A DNA stretch of 64,000 nucleotides from Marsupella aquatica (Eukaryota > Plantae > Marchantiophyta). Under the pieces are notes generated by a model. The model worked only from the letters and a program-made list of their open reading frames with translations, ran no database searches and was not told the DNA's origin. The position numbers and the translations under genes are program-made. How positions within the stretch are numbered: position 1 is the stretch's first letter; each line of letters starts with the position of its first letter. The stretch is from NCBI GenBank assembly GCA_973895155.1, contig OZ316897.1, positions 3,628,211-3,692,210 of the forward strand. Reading direction: 5' to 3'. Positions 63,300 through 64,000 of the stretch are shown piece after piece.

Positions 63300-64000
63300 T
63301 ATTCTTTTACTGGTCCCCGACTGCGACGCGGCATGGAACCCTTCAGTGTAGAGAAGGCCCCCCGTAAGGCTCTCGATCGCTCGTAGAGGCGAAAAGTGTC
63401 GTCCATCGCCTCTCCTCTCCTCTGCTCTCCATCGCCAGGACGAGGACCAGAGCAGAAGGTCGAGAAGAGGGAGAGATCACATTGAAACAGCATCTGCATC
63501 AGCAGGAAAGGCGGATCTGATTGGTTTCATGGTTGCACGTCTGTCGGCCGTCCACTACGAAGGGAGAGCAGGGCGAGCAAACGAAGCCACGAAAGAAACG
63601 AGAGAGCAAGGGTTCATCGGTTGAAGATTTAAGGAAAGGTAATCGAATTCGGTGTCTTTTGCTCTCTCAAGCACCGTTGCGTACTCGCTCTGTGACTTCC
63701 CGTGTTCTTGTGCTTCTGCTGGACTTGTGGCTACAGGAAGGCCAAGCTGAGACAGACGCTGTCTCGCACCCCCCCTCATGCATATGCAGTCTTTCTACAG
63801 TCCCGCTGAATTGGATTTGATGTCTGTCAACGAACAAGCACGGCTCTCACTCTCTCTCTGTGTCTTCAGATAGGGTTTTTTTTTTGTGTGTGTGTGTGTG
63901 TGGAAGGTTTTCCTGATACTGTCATAGGGAAAGCCGAGCGCTCAACGGAGGCCTTTGAAAGGAGATTTTGTGCATGTAATTCGCAGATTCAATTGAGTCT
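63300..64000 (+). promoter_or_regulatory. Probable promoter/5' UTR of a gene lying beyond the right edge
   Basis: Abrupt shift to CpG-rich sequence with CT and TG tracts and TAGGGTTT at ~63872, resembling the 5' ends of KEA and EF-G. No coding exon identified. Confidence 0.35.

Overview
This is eukaryotic nuclear DNA from a land plant with flagellated sperm. Spliced GT-AG genes, plastid-targeted proteins and a cilia-linked CFAP20DC orthologue point to a bryophyte, probably a liverwort (inference). Genes in order: the start of an unidentified multi-exon gene running off the left edge (-); a 2-exon PC-esterase/NXPE-like SGNH protein (-); an intronless coiled-coil RING-HC protein (+); an intronless, fungal-looking alpha/beta-hydrolase (-); a CFAP20DC/C3orf67 orthologue with about 12 exons (+), mostly missed by the ORF track; RPL13 (+); plastid EF-G (-); and a 21-exon KEA1/2-type plastid K+/H+ antiporter (+). 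Intergenic DNA holds a 5'-truncated L1-type LINE with a nested TIR element, at least seven other MITE-like elements with readable target-site duplications, a near-perfect 328-bp palindrome and many local tandem repeats. I found no CRISPR array, tRNA or rRNA. I see no clear multi-gene novel system. The best candidates for something new are the putative fungus-to-plant hydrolase transfer, the palindrome with its template-switch signature, and MITE families with unusual ANT or TTAA target sites. All homology calls come from motif recognition, not database searches.
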